The translations under genes were made by a program, and so were the position numbers. From Deltaproteobacteria bacterium (GTDB taxonomy: Bacteria > Desulfobacterota > Anaeroferrophillalia > Anaeroferrophillales > Tharpellaceae), in assembly GCA_016938065.1 (NCBI GenBank), contig JAFGVI010000026.1:13904-77903 (forward strand): a stretch of DNA of 64,000 nt, given 5' to 3'. A model generated the notes under the pieces. It did not search any database. It was not told the DNA's origin and was given only the letters and a program-made list of their open reading frames with translations. Of this stretch, positions 47,305 to 58,078 are shown piece by piece. Positions within the stretch are counted from its first letter, which is position 1. Each line of letters begins with the position of its first letter.

Positions 47305-48084
47305 CTATACCGGCTCCGTTTGCTTTTTGCCACAGACCTTGGCGACAACGATACTGACTTCGTAGAGCATTATGATCGGCACCGCCATCATCAGCTGGCT
47401 GGCGACGTCAGGCGGTGTTAAAATCGCTGCCACCACAAAAGAGCCGAGAATCGCATACTTACGTTTTGCAGCTAAGGTTTTGGCTTTGACCAGTCCGAGA
47501 ATGGCGAGAAAAGCAGTTACAACCGGAAGTTCAAAGACAATCCCGAAAGCAAACAAGAGACGTACTGAAAAAGAAAAATACTCTTTGACAGTCGGCATCG
47601 GCGTAATGAAATCAGTGGCAAACCCCATAAAGAATTTAAAGCCAAAAGGAAAGACAACAAAATAGCCAAACAGGGCGCCGCCGATAAAAAAGATACTAGC
47701 AAAAAAAACAAAGGGCAGAACATAGCGTTTTTCATGGGCGTAGAGTCCCGGAGCCGAAAAGCGCCAGACCTGATAAATGACGACAGGTGATGCTGCGAAA
47801 AAACCGGCCATCAGTGAAATTTTAAGATAGGTAAAAAAGGTTTCCGTCAGGCTGGTAAAAATCAAGCCGCTGTCAGCCGGCATAACCTCCAGCAGAGGAT
47901 TCATAAGCAGGCGGAAGAGCTCCGCCGAGTAGAAATAGGCGACCACCGTAAAGAGGGCAATGGCTATAAAAGAGATAATCAGACGTTTACGCAACTCCTC
48001 GAGGTGATCGGAAAGGTGCATCTCCCGATCTTCATCTTGCGCCTTATCTTTTTTCCCAGGCATGTCAGTTTCACTCGAACTCAT
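47305..48084 (-). CDS. tatC: Twin-arginine translocase subunit TatC
   Basis: 259 aa. HLEELRKRLI motif and six TM helices. Confidence 0.85.
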   Translation of the reverse strand: MSSSETDMPGKKDKAQDEDREMHLSDHLEELRKRLIISFIAIALFTVVAYFYSAELFRLLMNPLLEVMPADSGLIFTSLTETFFTYLKISLMAGFFAASPVVIYQVWRFSAPGLYAHEKRYVLPFVFFASIFFIGGALFGYFVVFPFGFKFFMGFATDFITPMPTVKEYFSFSVRLLFAFGIVFELPVVTAFLAILGLVKAKTLAAKRKYAILGSFVVAAILTPPDVASQLMMAVPIIMLYEVSIVVAKVCGKKQTEPV

Positions 48085-48419
48085 GACCCGGCTTCTACTT
48101 TTCCGTTTTCGCTGTTTTCAGCAAGCGCCTCCGGCTTGGAATCAGCACCCTCACCGGGCCGACTGACAGTCACTGTAATCGGCGGATCTTCCGGATACTC
48201 GATTTTGCTGATTTTGCGCTGCTCTTCACCTCGTTCGCGGTCGCTTTTTACGGTCTCTTCATCCTGATAGATACTGGTTTTGAAATCGTCTGCCGCCCGT
48301 CTGAATTCGGCCATTCCGCGTCCCAGAGTTTTAGCCAGTTCGGGAAGTTTCTTGGGGCCGACGACCAGCAGGGCGACAATCAGGATAATGATTACTTCTG
48401 TAAGTCCGATACCAAACAT
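48081..48419 (-). CDS. tatB: Twin-arginine translocase TatA/TatB-family subunit
   Basis: MFGIGLTEVIIILIVALLVVGPKKLPELAK is the canonical TatA/B N-terminus. 112 aa. The stop overlaps the tatC start. Confidence 0.75.
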   Translation of the reverse strand: MFGIGLTEVIIILIVALLVVGPKKLPELAKTLGRGMAEFRRAADDFKTSIYQDEETVKSDRERGEEQRKISKIEYPEDPPITVTVSRPGEGADSKPEALAENSENGKVEAGS

Positions 48420-48540
48420 TTCAACCTTTAAAATATGTTTTGCGCTGCGCCGTTGCAACGGTGTCGATATTTACGTTCAGACAAAGGAAAAGTCAACTTA
48501 AATGTTAAGCCGCAGGATTGTCATATCAGGTAAACTGAAC

Positions 48541-48573
48541 AAAAAAAGGCTGCCGTTATGGCAGCCTTTTTTT
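48541..48573. terminator. Bidirectional rho-independent terminator (after tatB on the minus strand, before the ferredoxin gene)
   Basis: AAAAAAA-GGCTGCC-gttat-GGCAGCC-TTTTTTT. Confidence 0.7.
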
Positions 48574-48658
48574 GTCGATATTGAACGATGGTGCAGAAAA
48601 CCGATTCGAAAACCGGGAAAACCGGCCTGAATTAAATTACCGCCCCGCCGCCTGCTAT

Positions 48659-48826
48659 TTACTTCTCTTCAATAGCATCTGTCGGACAGACTTCAACACA
48701 GGCGCCACACTCAACACATTTGTCCTGGTCGATTACATAGATATCGCCAGCTTCGCTGATGGCATCTTCCGGACACTCTTCGGCACAAGTACCACATGCA
48801 ACACATTCATCAGTAATTACGTACAT
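48659..48826 (-). CDS. 2x[4Fe-4S] ferredoxin
   Basis: 55 aa from [19 protein letters not shown] and [12 protein letters not shown] motifs. Confidence 0.75.
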   Translation of the reverse strand: MYVITDECVACGTCAEECPEDAISEAGDIYVIDQDKCVECGACVEVCPTDAIEEK

Positions 48827-48943
48827 TCTTTCCTCCATTTTAAAGTTCCGCACTTTAAGTAGATTTTTATATTGCTTAAAGAGCAGGTTTTTATTTGGCC
48901 GCCTTGAAAAGGAGACCGCTAAGATAAACTTAAACCATTACTT

Positions 48944-49513
48944 CTAAATAGACATGACTTCTTTCTCTTTTTCAACAATTACATCATCGACCTGTTTAAC
49001 ATATTCGTCAGTCAGTCTCTGAATTTCAGCCTGACCTTTCTTGTTTTCATCCTCAGTTATATCTTTATCTTTTTCCAGAGATTTGAGCATTTCAATGGCG
49101 TCACGCCGGTTTGAACGTAATGATATCTTACTGGTTTCACCAATTTTCTTGACCACCTTCACAAGCTCTTTACGGCGCTCTTCAGTCGGCCGGGGAATAG
49201 CCAGACGGATCTGTTTTCCGTCATTGCTCGGATTGATTCCAAGATCTGACTTATTGATGGCTTTCTCAATAAGCGGTATGACGGAATGATCCCAGGGTTG
49301 AATCGAGATCATACGGCTTTCCGGGATTGCCAGCGAAGCCACCTGATTTAAAGGGGTTGGCGTGCCGAAATAGTCGATCTTGATGCCGTCAAGCAGGGAA
49401 AGCGAAGCCCGACCGGTTCGTACCCGACCCAATTCGCGCCTTAATGCCTCCACCGTCTTCTGCATTCCGGCTTTACATTCATCTGTAACTTCAGTAACCA
49501 TCTCCAGGCTCAT
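48944..49513 (-). CDS. frr: Ribosome recycling factor
   Basis: 189 aa, canonical Frr sequence. Confidence 0.9.
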   Translation of the reverse strand: MSLEMVTEVTDECKAGMQKTVEALRRELGRVRTGRASLSLLDGIKIDYFGTPTPLNQVASLAIPESRMISIQPWDHSVIPLIEKAINKSDLGINPSNDGKQIRLAIPRPTEERRKELVKVVKKIGETSKISLRSNRRDAIEMLKSLEKDKDITEDENKKGQAEIQRLTDEYVKQVDDVIVEKEKEVMSI

Positions 49514-49546
49514 TTTTAACTCCTCTTTTGACGGTGCCGCAAAATG

Positions 49547-50320
49547 TTAATTGCCTACACGGGTGCCGATGTTTTCGCCGCATACAGCGCGTTTGATATT
49601 GCCGGACTCAGTCAGATTAAAAACCAGTATCGGCAGTTTATTATCCATACAGACCGAGATTGCCGCCGCATCCATTACCTTCAGTCCTTTCTGCAAGACA
49701 TCGAGATAACTGAGCTTATCAAAACGCCGGGCTTGAGGATGCGTTACCGGGTCACTATCATAGATGCCGTCAACCTTAGTGGCTTTAAGAATGATATCGG
49801 CCTGTATCTCCATCGCCCTTAGGGCCGCCGCAGTATCGGTTGAAAAAAAAGGATTGCCGGTTCCGGCAACAAAAATGACAATCCGCCCTTTTTCGAGATG
49901 ACGCACCGCCCGCCGGCGAATATAGGGTTCGGCAACTTCATGCATTGAAATAGCCGTCATCACCCTGACCTTTACGCCATGCCGCTCAATCGCATCCTGC
50001 AGAGCCAGGCCGTTGATAACTGTCGCCAGCATGCCCATATGGTCTGCCGTCGAGCGATCCATGCCTTTGGCCGAGGCGGTAATGCCGCGAAAGATATTCC
50101 CTCCCCCGATAACGATTGCCGTCTCCAGTCCCAGCTGATGGATCTCAACTATCTCTGCGGCAAAACCTGAAATCGCCAAAGGATCAATCCCATACTCACC
50201 GCTCCCCATCAGGGCCTCGCCGGAGAGTTTCAGCAGCACCCTCTGATAAGCTAAAGCTGATACGGGAGCGACATCTGCAGGCGCTTCCGCCAACGGAAGG
50301 TTATCTACGTGAGTCGACAC
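49547..50320 (-). CDS. pyrH: UMP kinase
   Basis: 257 aa. LLKLSGEAL motif. Confidence 0.9.
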   Translation of the reverse strand: MSTHVDNLPLAEAPADVAPVSALAYQRVLLKLSGEALMGSGEYGIDPLAISGFAAEIVEIHQLGLETAIVIGGGNIFRGITASAKGMDRSTADHMGMLATVINGLALQDAIERHGVKVRVMTAISMHEVAEPYIRRRAVRHLEKGRIVIFVAGTGNPFFSTDTAAALRAMEIQADIILKATKVDGIYDSDPVTHPQARRFDKLSYLDVLQKGLKVMDAAAISVCMDNKLPILVFNLTESGNIKRAVCGENIGTRVGN

Positions 50321-50973
50321 TATTTATTAAGCTGGTTGGCCACTTCCTGGGCCAGATCGCAACTTCTCTTTTCCAGACCTTCACCCATAACAAATCTCGT
50401 ATAGCGCCGGATGCTGATATTTTCACCGGTCTTCGCAATCATCTGCTTGATGCAGTCCTCAATTGAAATATCGGTGTCCTTAACAAAGGGCTGCTCCAGT
50501 AAGCAGTTATCCTTGTAGAATTTTTCAATCTTACCTTCAATAATCTTGTCGATAATTTTTTCAGGCTTGCCGCTGTCCAGAGCCTGAGTGCGGAAAATGC
50601 CGCGCTCGGTTTCAAGCACATCAGCTGCCACATCTTCACGGGCCAGAGCAATCGGGGCCGCCGCCGCAATATGCATGGCAATATCTTTGACAAAGTCTAC
50701 GAAAGCCTCGGTTCTGGCGACAAAATCGGTTTCACAGTTAACTTCAACCAGAACCCCGATTTTTCCGCCGGCATGGATGTATGAAGCCACTACCCCTTCC
50801 GAAGTGATGCGACCACCCTTTTTCGCGGCGGAAGCCAGCCCTTTTTCCCGCAAATAAACCAGGGCCTCGTCAAGATTGCCGTTCTTTTCTTTTAAAGCGC
50901 CCTTACAATCCATAATTCCGGCACCGGTCTTCTCACGAAGCTCCTTGACCATCGCCGCTGAAATCTGAGCCAT
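50320..50973 (-). CDS. tsf: Elongation factor Ts (short form)
   Basis: 217 aa. [27 protein letters not shown] start. Confidence 0.9.
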   Translation of the reverse strand: MAQISAAMVKELREKTGAGIMDCKGALKEKNGNLDEALVYLREKGLASAAKKGGRITSEGVVASYIHAGGKIGVLVEVNCETDFVARTEAFVDFVKDIAMHIAAAAPIALAREDVAADVLETERGIFRTQALDSGKPEKIIDKIIEGKIEKFYKDNCLLEQPFVKDTDISIEDCIKQMIAKTGENISIRRYTRFVMGEGLEKRSCDLAQEVANQLNK

Positions 50974-51089
50974 TATATATTCTCCATTGAACAGTTTCTT
51001 TGTAAATTTTTATTAACACCGCGATCTCGCAAACAGGTTCATGTGCTCATGCCTGTCCGCTCCCTGATGAAAAAAACAGTTGGCCCGAA

Positions 51090-51893
51090 TTAAACCTCGG
51101 CTTCAACTGCAGCGGCCTCGATTTCACCGACTCTCTCGACAATCGGCATTCTGCCTTCATCAACGACGACTTCAACCTCTTCCTCATCACGCCCCAGCTG
51201 CCTCTCCTCACGCAGAGCCCGTCCTTCGATGCAGGCTTCGGAAATACTTGTGCAGAAAAGTTTGATCGCGCGAATAGCATCATCATTACCGGGAACGACA
51301 TAGTCGATTGAATCAGGATCGCAGTTGGTGTCAACAATGGCAACCACCGGAATCCCCAGCTTTTTCGCTTCGGCTACCGCAATGGCTTCGCGTTTGGTGT
51401 CAATGACAAAGATACAGGCCGGAGCCTTCTTCATATGTTTGACCCCGCCAAGGTTTTTCTCAAGTTTTTCTCTCTTTTTTTCAAGCTGGAGAACTTCTTT
51501 TTTCGGCAGCAGATCGTAGGTGCCGTCCTCTTTCATGGTCTCAAGCTTGCGCAGCCGGTTGATACTTTTTTTGATCGTATCAAAATTTGTCATCATACCG
51601 CCAAGCCAACGATTATTGACCCAGTACATGCCGCTGTTGACGGCCGCTTCCCTGATACTTTCCTGCGCCTGTTTTTTCGTACCGACAAAAAGAACATCTC
51701 CACCAGCAGCGACGGTGTCGACGATAGTTTTATAAGCCGTCCGGTAAAGCTTGATAGTCTGCTGCAGATCAATAATGTAGATGCCGTTACGAGCCCCAAA
51801 GATATATTTTTTCATTTTGGGATTCCAGCGTTTGGTCTGATGCCCGAAATGAACCCCGGACTCCAGCAGTTGTCGCATTGTTACCATTGCCAT
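51090..51893 (-). CDS. rpsB: 30S ribosomal protein S2
   Basis: [27 protein letters not shown] is the canonical S2 start. Internal start at 51893 (track ORF extends to 52010). Acidic C-terminal extension. Confidence 0.9.
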   Translation of the reverse strand: MAMVTMRQLLESGVHFGHQTKRWNPKMKKYIFGARNGIYIIDLQQTIKLYRTAYKTIVDTVAAGGDVLFVGTKKQAQESIREAAVNSGMYWVNNRWLGGMMTNFDTIKKSINRLRKLETMKEDGTYDLLPKKEVLQLEKKREKLEKNLGGVKHMKKAPACIFVIDTKREAIAVAEAKKLGIPVVAIVDTNCDPDSIDYVVPGNDDAIRAIKLFCTSISEACIEGRALREERQLGRDEEEVEVVVDEGRMPIVERVGEIEAAAVEAEV

Positions 51894-52143
51894 CTTGTTT
51901 CTCCTTAACATAAAAGACGTTGGTTTTGCTTCCGTCTTTCCTTCTAACCGATACCAACCGGACCACCCGGCACCACAGTAGCGGCCTTTTGATTCAGGAC
52001 CATGCCGCATCAGATTTAGATTTCCGATCAGCCCTCAAATCAAAACAGAAAAACGTGTGAATTTGAACGCGGCCTAGTTACCACATGAAGGCTCACTTTG
52101 CAAGGGGAAAAGAGAGCTTGCAAAAGGCCGCGCCTGAGGCTTG

Positions 52144-53067
52144 TTATCTCTCCAGTATCTGCCTTGCAGCCTTGACGTCGGCTGCAATCAGCGCATGCAA
52201 CTCGGCAATTGATGAACAGGCTTTTTCTTTACGCAAAAGTTTAACAAATGTAAGCTTCAAATTCTCTCCATAGAGATCCGCATCAAAATCGAGAATATGG
52301 ACTTCAACCGTCAGTCCCGTATCCGCAAAAGTCGGATTGTAACCGATATTGACAACCCCCATATAACGTTTCTCGGCATGTTCAACCCAGACGGCATAGA
52401 CCCCTTCACAGGGATAAAGTTCCACCTCTGAAACCAGATTAGCCGTGGGAAAACCGAGTCCCCGACCGCGCCCTTTTCCCCGGACGACCCGACCGCTGAT
52501 CGCACAGGGACGACCGAGAAACCGCGAAGCCTGTTCAATGTCCCCGCGCATGATCGCTTCGCGGATTTTGGTACTGCTGACCAGCTCTCCATCGATACGA
52601 CAGGGAGGAGCGACTTCGACCTGAAAACCATGAACCTCTCCCAGTTCCTGCAGTCTCACCAGTGAACCTTCCCGGTTACGGCCAAAGTTGTAGTTGTCGC
52701 CAACGACGACCACAGCCGCCCCCAGATGACGCACCAGAACATGGTCAACAAATCCATCAGCGGTAAGATTGGCAAAGCGAAGGTCAAAAGGAGCCACAAC
52801 CAGATTGTCAATACCACAGCCGGCAATCAGGTCGGCTTTACGTTCATAAGAAGTAATCAGAAAAATCCGACGGTCGGGAAAGAGAAGTTTTAAGGGATGA
52901 GGAGAAAAAGTCAAGGCCGCCGACTTAAGGTCAAGCGCCTTGGCCCGGGACGTTGCCCGGGCCAAAAGAGAACGGTGTCCGAGATGGACACCGTCAAAAT
53001 TACCGATCGCAACCACCTGACTTTGCGGCGGAAAGCACTGTTCACGAAAATTATTATAGATCTGCAC
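52144..53067 (-). CDS. ribF: Bifunctional riboflavin kinase / FMN adenylyltransferase
   Basis: 307 aa. GNFDGVHLGHRSLL motif. Confidence 0.85.
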   Translation of the reverse strand: MQIYNNFREQCFPPQSQVVAIGNFDGVHLGHRSLLARATSRAKALDLKSAALTFSPHPLKLLFPDRRIFLITSYERKADLIAGCGIDNLVVAPFDLRFANLTADGFVDHVLVRHLGAAVVVVGDNYNFGRNREGSLVRLQELGEVHGFQVEVAPPCRIDGELVSSTKIREAIMRGDIEQASRFLGRPCAISGRVVRGKGRGRGLGFPTANLVSEVELYPCEGVYAVWVEHAEKRYMGVVNIGYNPTFADTGLTVEVHILDFDADLYGENLKLTFVKLLRKEKACSSIAELHALIAADVKAARQILER

Positions 53068-53105
53068 AGTTTTTTATTTATGAAGATAAGCCATTACAGC
53101 GAAAT

Positions 53106-53951
53106 TTATTTGAAATGGCGCAGAAACTCGCCATCACGATCCATCACCACCGTCGCCCGCTTGGCCAGCGATTTGCCATAGGCCTGCAGAGAGCGATAGA
53201 ACTCATAAAAATCAGGGTCCTGACCATAGGCATCAGCCGAAATTTTAATCGCGGCCTGTTCCCCTTCACCTTTGATCTGCTCAGATTTTTTGTAGGCTTC
53301 GGAAAGAATAATTGTCCTTTCCTTATCCGCCTGGGAACGGGTTTTGATAGCCTCCTCTTCCCCTTCCGAACGGTAACGTTTGGCCTGCCTTTGCCGTTCC
53401 GCCTGCATCCGAGTAAAAACATGTTTTTCGTTCTCACGCGGGAGATCAGCCGCTTTGATCCGCACATCAATTACTTCAATGCCATAGGCCTCTGCCGCCT
53501 CATTACTCTGTACGGTCACCTTATGCATGATCTCTTCGCGCACCTTGGAGACGATATCAACCAGGGTCTCCCGGCCCAACTCAACCCGGAGCTGAGAATA
53601 GATAATATCATCAAGCCGTGACTGAGCTCCGGCTTCGGTGCGGACCGACTGGAAAAATTTAAGGGGATCAACAATTCGCCATTTTGAATAATTGTCGATC
53701 ACCAGATTTTTCTTGTCACTGGTGATGATCTCGGCCGGTGCCGCATCGTAATGCAGCAGTCGGCGATCGAAAAAACTTACCTGCTGAAGAAAGGGTATCT
53801 TAAAATTAAGTCCCGGCTCCTTGACCACCTTGATCGGTTTACCCAACTGCAGAATCATCGCCTGCTGGGTCTGGTCAACAATAAACAGCCCGTTGTAAAT
53901 AAAGATCGCAACCGCCACCAGAATAATTAATCCAAACTTGGCAAACTTCAT
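53106..53951 (-). CDS. hflC: FtsH protease modulator HflC (SPFH)
   Basis: 281 aa. N-terminal TM and SPFH domain. Overlaps the hflK stop. Confidence 0.8.
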   Translation of the reverse strand: MKFAKFGLIILVAVAIFIYNGLFIVDQTQQAMILQLGKPIKVVKEPGLNFKIPFLQQVSFFDRRLLHYDAAPAEIITSDKKNLVIDNYSKWRIVDPLKFFQSVRTEAGAQSRLDDIIYSQLRVELGRETLVDIVSKVREEIMHKVTVQSNEAAEAYGIEVIDVRIKAADLPRENEKHVFTRMQAERQRQAKRYRSEGEEEAIKTRSQADKERTIILSEAYKKSEQIKGEGEQAAIKISADAYGQDPDFYEFYRSLQAYGKSLAKRATVVMDRDGEFLRHFK

Positions 53952-55045
53952 TGTCCAGCCCTCCCGACCTGAGGTTGCGACCCGGTCAGGGCCGATTCAC
54001 TTGCACTGCGTTTAAGGCTTTGTGCACCGGTTTCGATCGGCAGTAAAGGCAGCAGGGAACGGCTCACCTTGGGATCGACAATAATTTTGTCAATATCGCT
54101 TAAAACGTTTTCCATCATCTCCAGCTGCATCCGTTTTCGCGTGATTTTCGGAGCCACCTTGTAGGCGGCCAGGTTGGCCAGAAAACGATCGGCTTCACCG
54201 GTGGCCTGGTTGACCAGTTCGGCTTTGTAAGCCAGGGCCTGGTTGGTCATCTCTTCTGCATTACCTTTGGCTTTGGGCAGAATATCATTACTGTAGCCCT
54301 GCGCTTCGTTAATCAGGCGGATCTTGTTTTCCTTGGCACTGGCAACATCCTGAAAAGACTGGATAACCTCTTTAGGAGGATGGACGTCCTGAAGCTGGAC
54401 GGCGACGATCTGGACCCCCGCTTTATAGCCGTCAAGCACCTCCTGCAGGCGCTTTTCACAATCCTGCTGCACCTTGTTTTTACCGGTGGTCAGAACAATA
54501 TCGATATCATTTTTCCCGATCACCTCGCGCATCGCCGCTTCGGTCGCAACCCGCACAGTTTCGGTCTGGTTATTAACATTGAACAGGTAAGCAATCGGAT
54601 CACTGATGCGGTACTGGACAATGAATTGGGCGTTAACAATATTTTCGTCACCGGTCAGCATCATTGACTCACCGGGCACCATCTGATAGCGGGCCGGAGG
54701 ACCGGCTGAGATGGTCCGAAAACCGATCTCCAGACGTTTAACCTGTGTGACTTTGGGTTTTAAGACCGATTCTATCGGTTTCGGCAGATGCCAGTGTGGA
54801 CCCGATTCCGTCGTATAAATAGCTTCGCCAAAACGTTTGACAACCCCGAGTTCATCGGGACCAACGATATAGAATCCGGTTGCCAGCCAGCCGACCAGCA
54901 GGATCACCACCAACAGCAGGGGGCCACCGGGCAAACCACCCGAAACCCCTTTTTCGGCCCGATTAAAAACTTTTTTTATGATGTCATCAATGTCGGCTGC
55001 GGGTTTCCGGCCTTCATTTTCGTCGCCATTATATTCCCAGGGCAT
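53948..55045 (-). CDS. hflK: FtsH protease modulator HflK (SPFH)
   Basis: 365 aa. TM, SPFH domain and C-terminal extension. Paired with hflC. Confidence 0.8.
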   Translation of the reverse strand: MPWEYNGDENEGRKPAADIDDIIKKVFNRAEKGVSGGLPGGPLLLVVILLVGWLATGFYIVGPDELGVVKRFGEAIYTTESGPHWHLPKPIESVLKPKVTQVKRLEIGFRTISAGPPARYQMVPGESMMLTGDENIVNAQFIVQYRISDPIAYLFNVNNQTETVRVATEAAMREVIGKNDIDIVLTTGKNKVQQDCEKRLQEVLDGYKAGVQIVAVQLQDVHPPKEVIQSFQDVASAKENKIRLINEAQGYSNDILPKAKGNAEEMTNQALAYKAELVNQATGEADRFLANLAAYKVAPKITRKRMQLEMMENVLSDIDKIIVDPKVSRSLLPLLPIETGAQSLKRSASESALTGSQPQVGRAGQ

Positions 55046-55156
55046 CTCTTCTCCTTGACGTTCAACTAAAATTTTTATTGCCTTACAGATGTAAGGTACT
55101 AATTAAGCAACTAAACCGGCAAAAGTCAACCGGTTAATCACTGACGCTTGAATACC

Positions 55157-55966
55157 TTATTGTCCCAGCGGCATCATGTCGCAGCCGGCCGGAGGAATAA
55201 ACGTAAAAAAAGAGCGCGGCAGAGCCTTATCGGGGCCGCTCTGCCATTTGTAAGTAATCACAATTTCATTGGCAAAAAGATCAACCATCCGGGTTTCAGC
55301 CAGCATATAAGAGGCCGCTGAAAAGATCATTTCAAGCTTTTGAAAGGGGGGCGCCGGATCATTCGCCAAAGGAGCGAGTTCAACGACAATGCGGTCATCA
55401 ACTTTAGTGACGGCAAGCTTAAATTTCTCCGCTTGAAGCTGAAGCTCAGAGAGTAGATTAATGATAATCCGCGCCTCTTTGATATCCTTGACCGAGCCGG
55501 TCATTACCTGGTTCAAGTCGGGAGTATAGTACCAGAGGGTCTGGCCGTCCGACACTAACAGTTGTTTTTCCGGCAGTTGGTACTCCCAACGCATCTTATC
55601 CGGGCCTTGAATCCAGATCAACCCCATGCTCAAAGTCGTTTCATGGCTGTCGCTGTAGGTTGTTTTCTGAGTAAAGCGCCCGCTGAAAGCCATCTCCTGC
55701 AGATATTGTCGACGAATGCTTGCCAGGACAGATGCGACATCAAGATTCTCCGCCTTTTTAAGCTCTTCATTTTTTACCGTCGGTACCACTTGAGCCTCAC
55801 CCGAAACCTGGTTTTCCGATACCTGCCCGGCCATAACCGATGCCGCCAGCAGCAGAGACGCCAAACCAGCCGCCAGGAAAAGAGTCCGAGAAAAAAACCT
55901 GTCCGATCTTTTAAACAGTTTAAAAAAAATCTTATTCATACTTAATTCATTCCTGAACCGGTTCAT
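55157..55966 (-). CDS. LolA-like outer-membrane lipoprotein carrier/sorting family protein
   Basis: 269 aa. Signal peptide and a LolA-like beta-barrel pattern (TLWYYTPDLNQV). Confidence 0.5.
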   Translation of the reverse strand: MNRFRNELSMNKIFFKLFKRSDRFFSRTLFLAAGLASLLLAASVMAGQVSENQVSGEAQVVPTVKNEELKKAENLDVASVLASIRRQYLQEMAFSGRFTQKTTYSDSHETTLSMGLIWIQGPDKMRWEYQLPEKQLLVSDGQTLWYYTPDLNQVMTGSVKDIKEARIIINLLSELQLQAEKFKLAVTKVDDRIVVELAPLANDPAPPFQKLEMIFSAASYMLAETRMVDLFANEIVITYKWQSGPDKALPRSFFTFIPPAGCDMMPLGQ

Positions 55967-56319
55967 CCGGTTGGGGCAAATGGTTTATAATGTGTAAATA
56001 TTCAGCCAGTTTTCAGTTTGAGGGTGCTCAGGTGATTTTCCGGAACGTCTCGCTAAATTTCGTCGTTTTCCCCATTGAGTATGACATTGTTGACAACCTC
56101 TTTAATCTGCGAGCCATCAATTAAACAGTAACGTGGCAGAGCTGGTTCGACAAAGCTCAAAGATATGGAAGGTAAAAAACGCTTCTGCAAACCGCCAAGA
56201 CAGTGATTTGACGAGCATGGCGGAATTAAACATCAGTACCTAAATCAGGAGAATACCGAGATCATCGGCGACTGCCTTTTCCACGAGCTCGTTAACCGTC
56301 ACTCCCCCACCGTAATCTT

Positions 56320-57114
56320 TTAGCTGACAGCCATTGCAAAGACGCGGCAACTGTTAGCGCTGGTTGCGGCCGCCACTGCCACCGGATCCGTTTTGCGCAA
56401 GCGGGCAATTTCTTGGGCGACAAAGCTGACATGGGCCGGTTCGTTACGTTTGCCGCGATACGGAACCGGGCTCAGAAAAGGAGCATCGGTCTCGATCAGT
56501 AAGTCGTCAAGATTCAACTTTGCAGCCACCTCTTTCTGCACATGGCTTTTGGGAAAGGTGATGGTTCCCGGCAGGGAGATGGCAAAACCCAGATCGACAA
56601 AACGTCGCGCCCAATTGTAGTCGGCGGAGAAACAGTGGATCACCCCGCCATGCCGGTAGCCCTTTTCGGAACGAATAATGTCATAGACCTCCTGGTGAGC
56701 CTCTCGGTCATGAATGACTACCGGCAGCTGCAGTTCCCCGGCAATCTGTAGCTGCCGGGCGAACTCGCGGCGCTGCACGGCTTTGGAGGAGTGGTCGCGG
56801 TAAAAATCGAGACCGATCTCGCCATAGGCCACAACCTTTGGATCGTCAGCTAACGCTTTAAGCCGGGCATAGCCGGTTTCATCCGCATTCTTACTGTCGT
56901 GCGGATGAATCCCGATGGTCGCATAAAGACCCGGATATTGGTGGGCCAGTTCCAGAGCCCGGATGGAATCGGCCAATTCAGTGCCGATGACGATCATCTT
57001 TTCGACCCCGGCCGCCTGGGCCCGATCTATCACAGCCGTAAGATCATCGGCAAAAACATCAAGGTTTAAATGACAGTGTGAATCGACAAGCTGGAGAGGG
57101 TTAGCGTTCGACAA
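56320..57114 (-). CDS. tatD: TatD-family metal-dependent hydrolase (DNase)
   Basis: VDSHCHL start motif. TTG start at 57123 or 57114. Overlaps the upstream gene. Confidence 0.8.
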   Translation of the reverse strand: MSNANPLQLVDSHCHLNLDVFADDLTAVIDRAQAAGVEKMIVIGTELADSIRALELAHQYPGLYATIGIHPHDSKNADETGYARLKALADDPKVVAYGEIGLDFYRDHSSKAVQRREFARQLQIAGELQLPVVIHDREAHQEVYDIIRSEKGYRHGGVIHCFSADYNWARRFVDLGFAISLPGTITFPKSHVQKEVAAKLNLDDLLIETDAPFLSPVPYRGKRNEPAHVSFVAQEIARLRKTDPVAVAAATSANSCRVFAMAVS

Positions 57115-57844
57115 AATCTTCAAACCTCCGAACGAAATCGGCCAGGGCTTGCGCCGTCAGTTGACAGAGTTTTTCACCTTTTGCTTTACTGGCAAAGGCC
57201 GGATCGCCCCAGACCCCGCCGCGCCAGTAGGCCGTTTTATTGCGCACCAGGATATATTCAGGGAAATCGGGAAATTCACGGGGTGACGTCCCTTTCACTA
57301 ATGCCGGGAAAAGGTGGGCAATCCGTGAGGTCTCAACCTCACCGGCATGGGAATCACCCGCAACCTCAACAAGTTCACCGGCGGCGCGACAGCAGAAATC
57401 ATACTCATTGATAACTGCCAGGCGAATATCGGAAAAATCTGCCAGCACCTCCTCCCCGACCTCAATCAGAGCCCCGATATGGGTTTTTCCGGCATGGCCC
57501 GAGATCAGGATGAAATTACGCAGACCCTGCTTGTAATAACCCTTGACCAGATCACGCACCAGGGCCCGGAAGGTCGCCGGTGAGAGGCCGACAGTTCCCG
57601 GATGCTCCGAGGTGCTGCGGCAGATGCCGTAATGCACCGGCGGCGCCACAAACGTCGGGTAAATCGCCGCCGCCGCCTTGACCGAAGCGTAAACCTGCAT
57701 CGTGTCGGTATCGAGCGGCAGATGTTCGCCATGCTCTTCGGTTGAACCGAAAGGCAGAAAAATTGTCCGGCTCTGCTTGAGTCCGGCTGCAAATTCCGGC
57801 GTTGTAATATCGGTAATAATCAATCTGGACATCAACGACCTCAT
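57101..57844 (-). CDS. Creatininase/ArfB-family amidohydrolase
   Basis: 247 aa. EEHGEHLPL and SGHAG motifs. Confidence 0.65.
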   Translation of the reverse strand: MRSLMSRLIITDITTPEFAAGLKQSRTIFLPFGSTEEHGEHLPLDTDTMQVYASVKAAAAIYPTFVAPPVHYGICRSTSEHPGTVGLSPATFRALVRDLVKGYYKQGLRNFILISGHAGKTHIGALIEVGEEVLADFSDIRLAVINEYDFCCRAAGELVEVAGDSHAGEVETSRIAHLFPALVKGTSPREFPDFPEYILVRNKTAYWRGGVWGDPAFASKAKGEKLCQLTAQALADFVRRFEDFVER

Positions 57845-58078
57845 CTTGCTTGTTCGACAAAACCTGTTCTGTAAAATAGCGACGGCAAAAGTTCCAGACG
57901 CAGGGAGATGGTAATAATCAATTTGGTCATCTTAATCAAGCAAATCATTCGATCTTTTTTATTCAGTTTTTTAATATTGCAGTCGAGCATGAGCTATGAT
58001 AATTAAAGAGGCATTGTTATTTTTTTATTGCGAACCGCAAACAACTGACAAACAAGAACTTGCCGGAGAAAAAAAATC

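Noticed and set aside
56021-56060. Possible SRP (4.5S) RNA domain IV (CAGGUG...UCCGGAA)
   Set aside because: It lacks the conserved GGAAGCAGC / symmetric-loop motifs and flanking helix. The resemblance is superficial.
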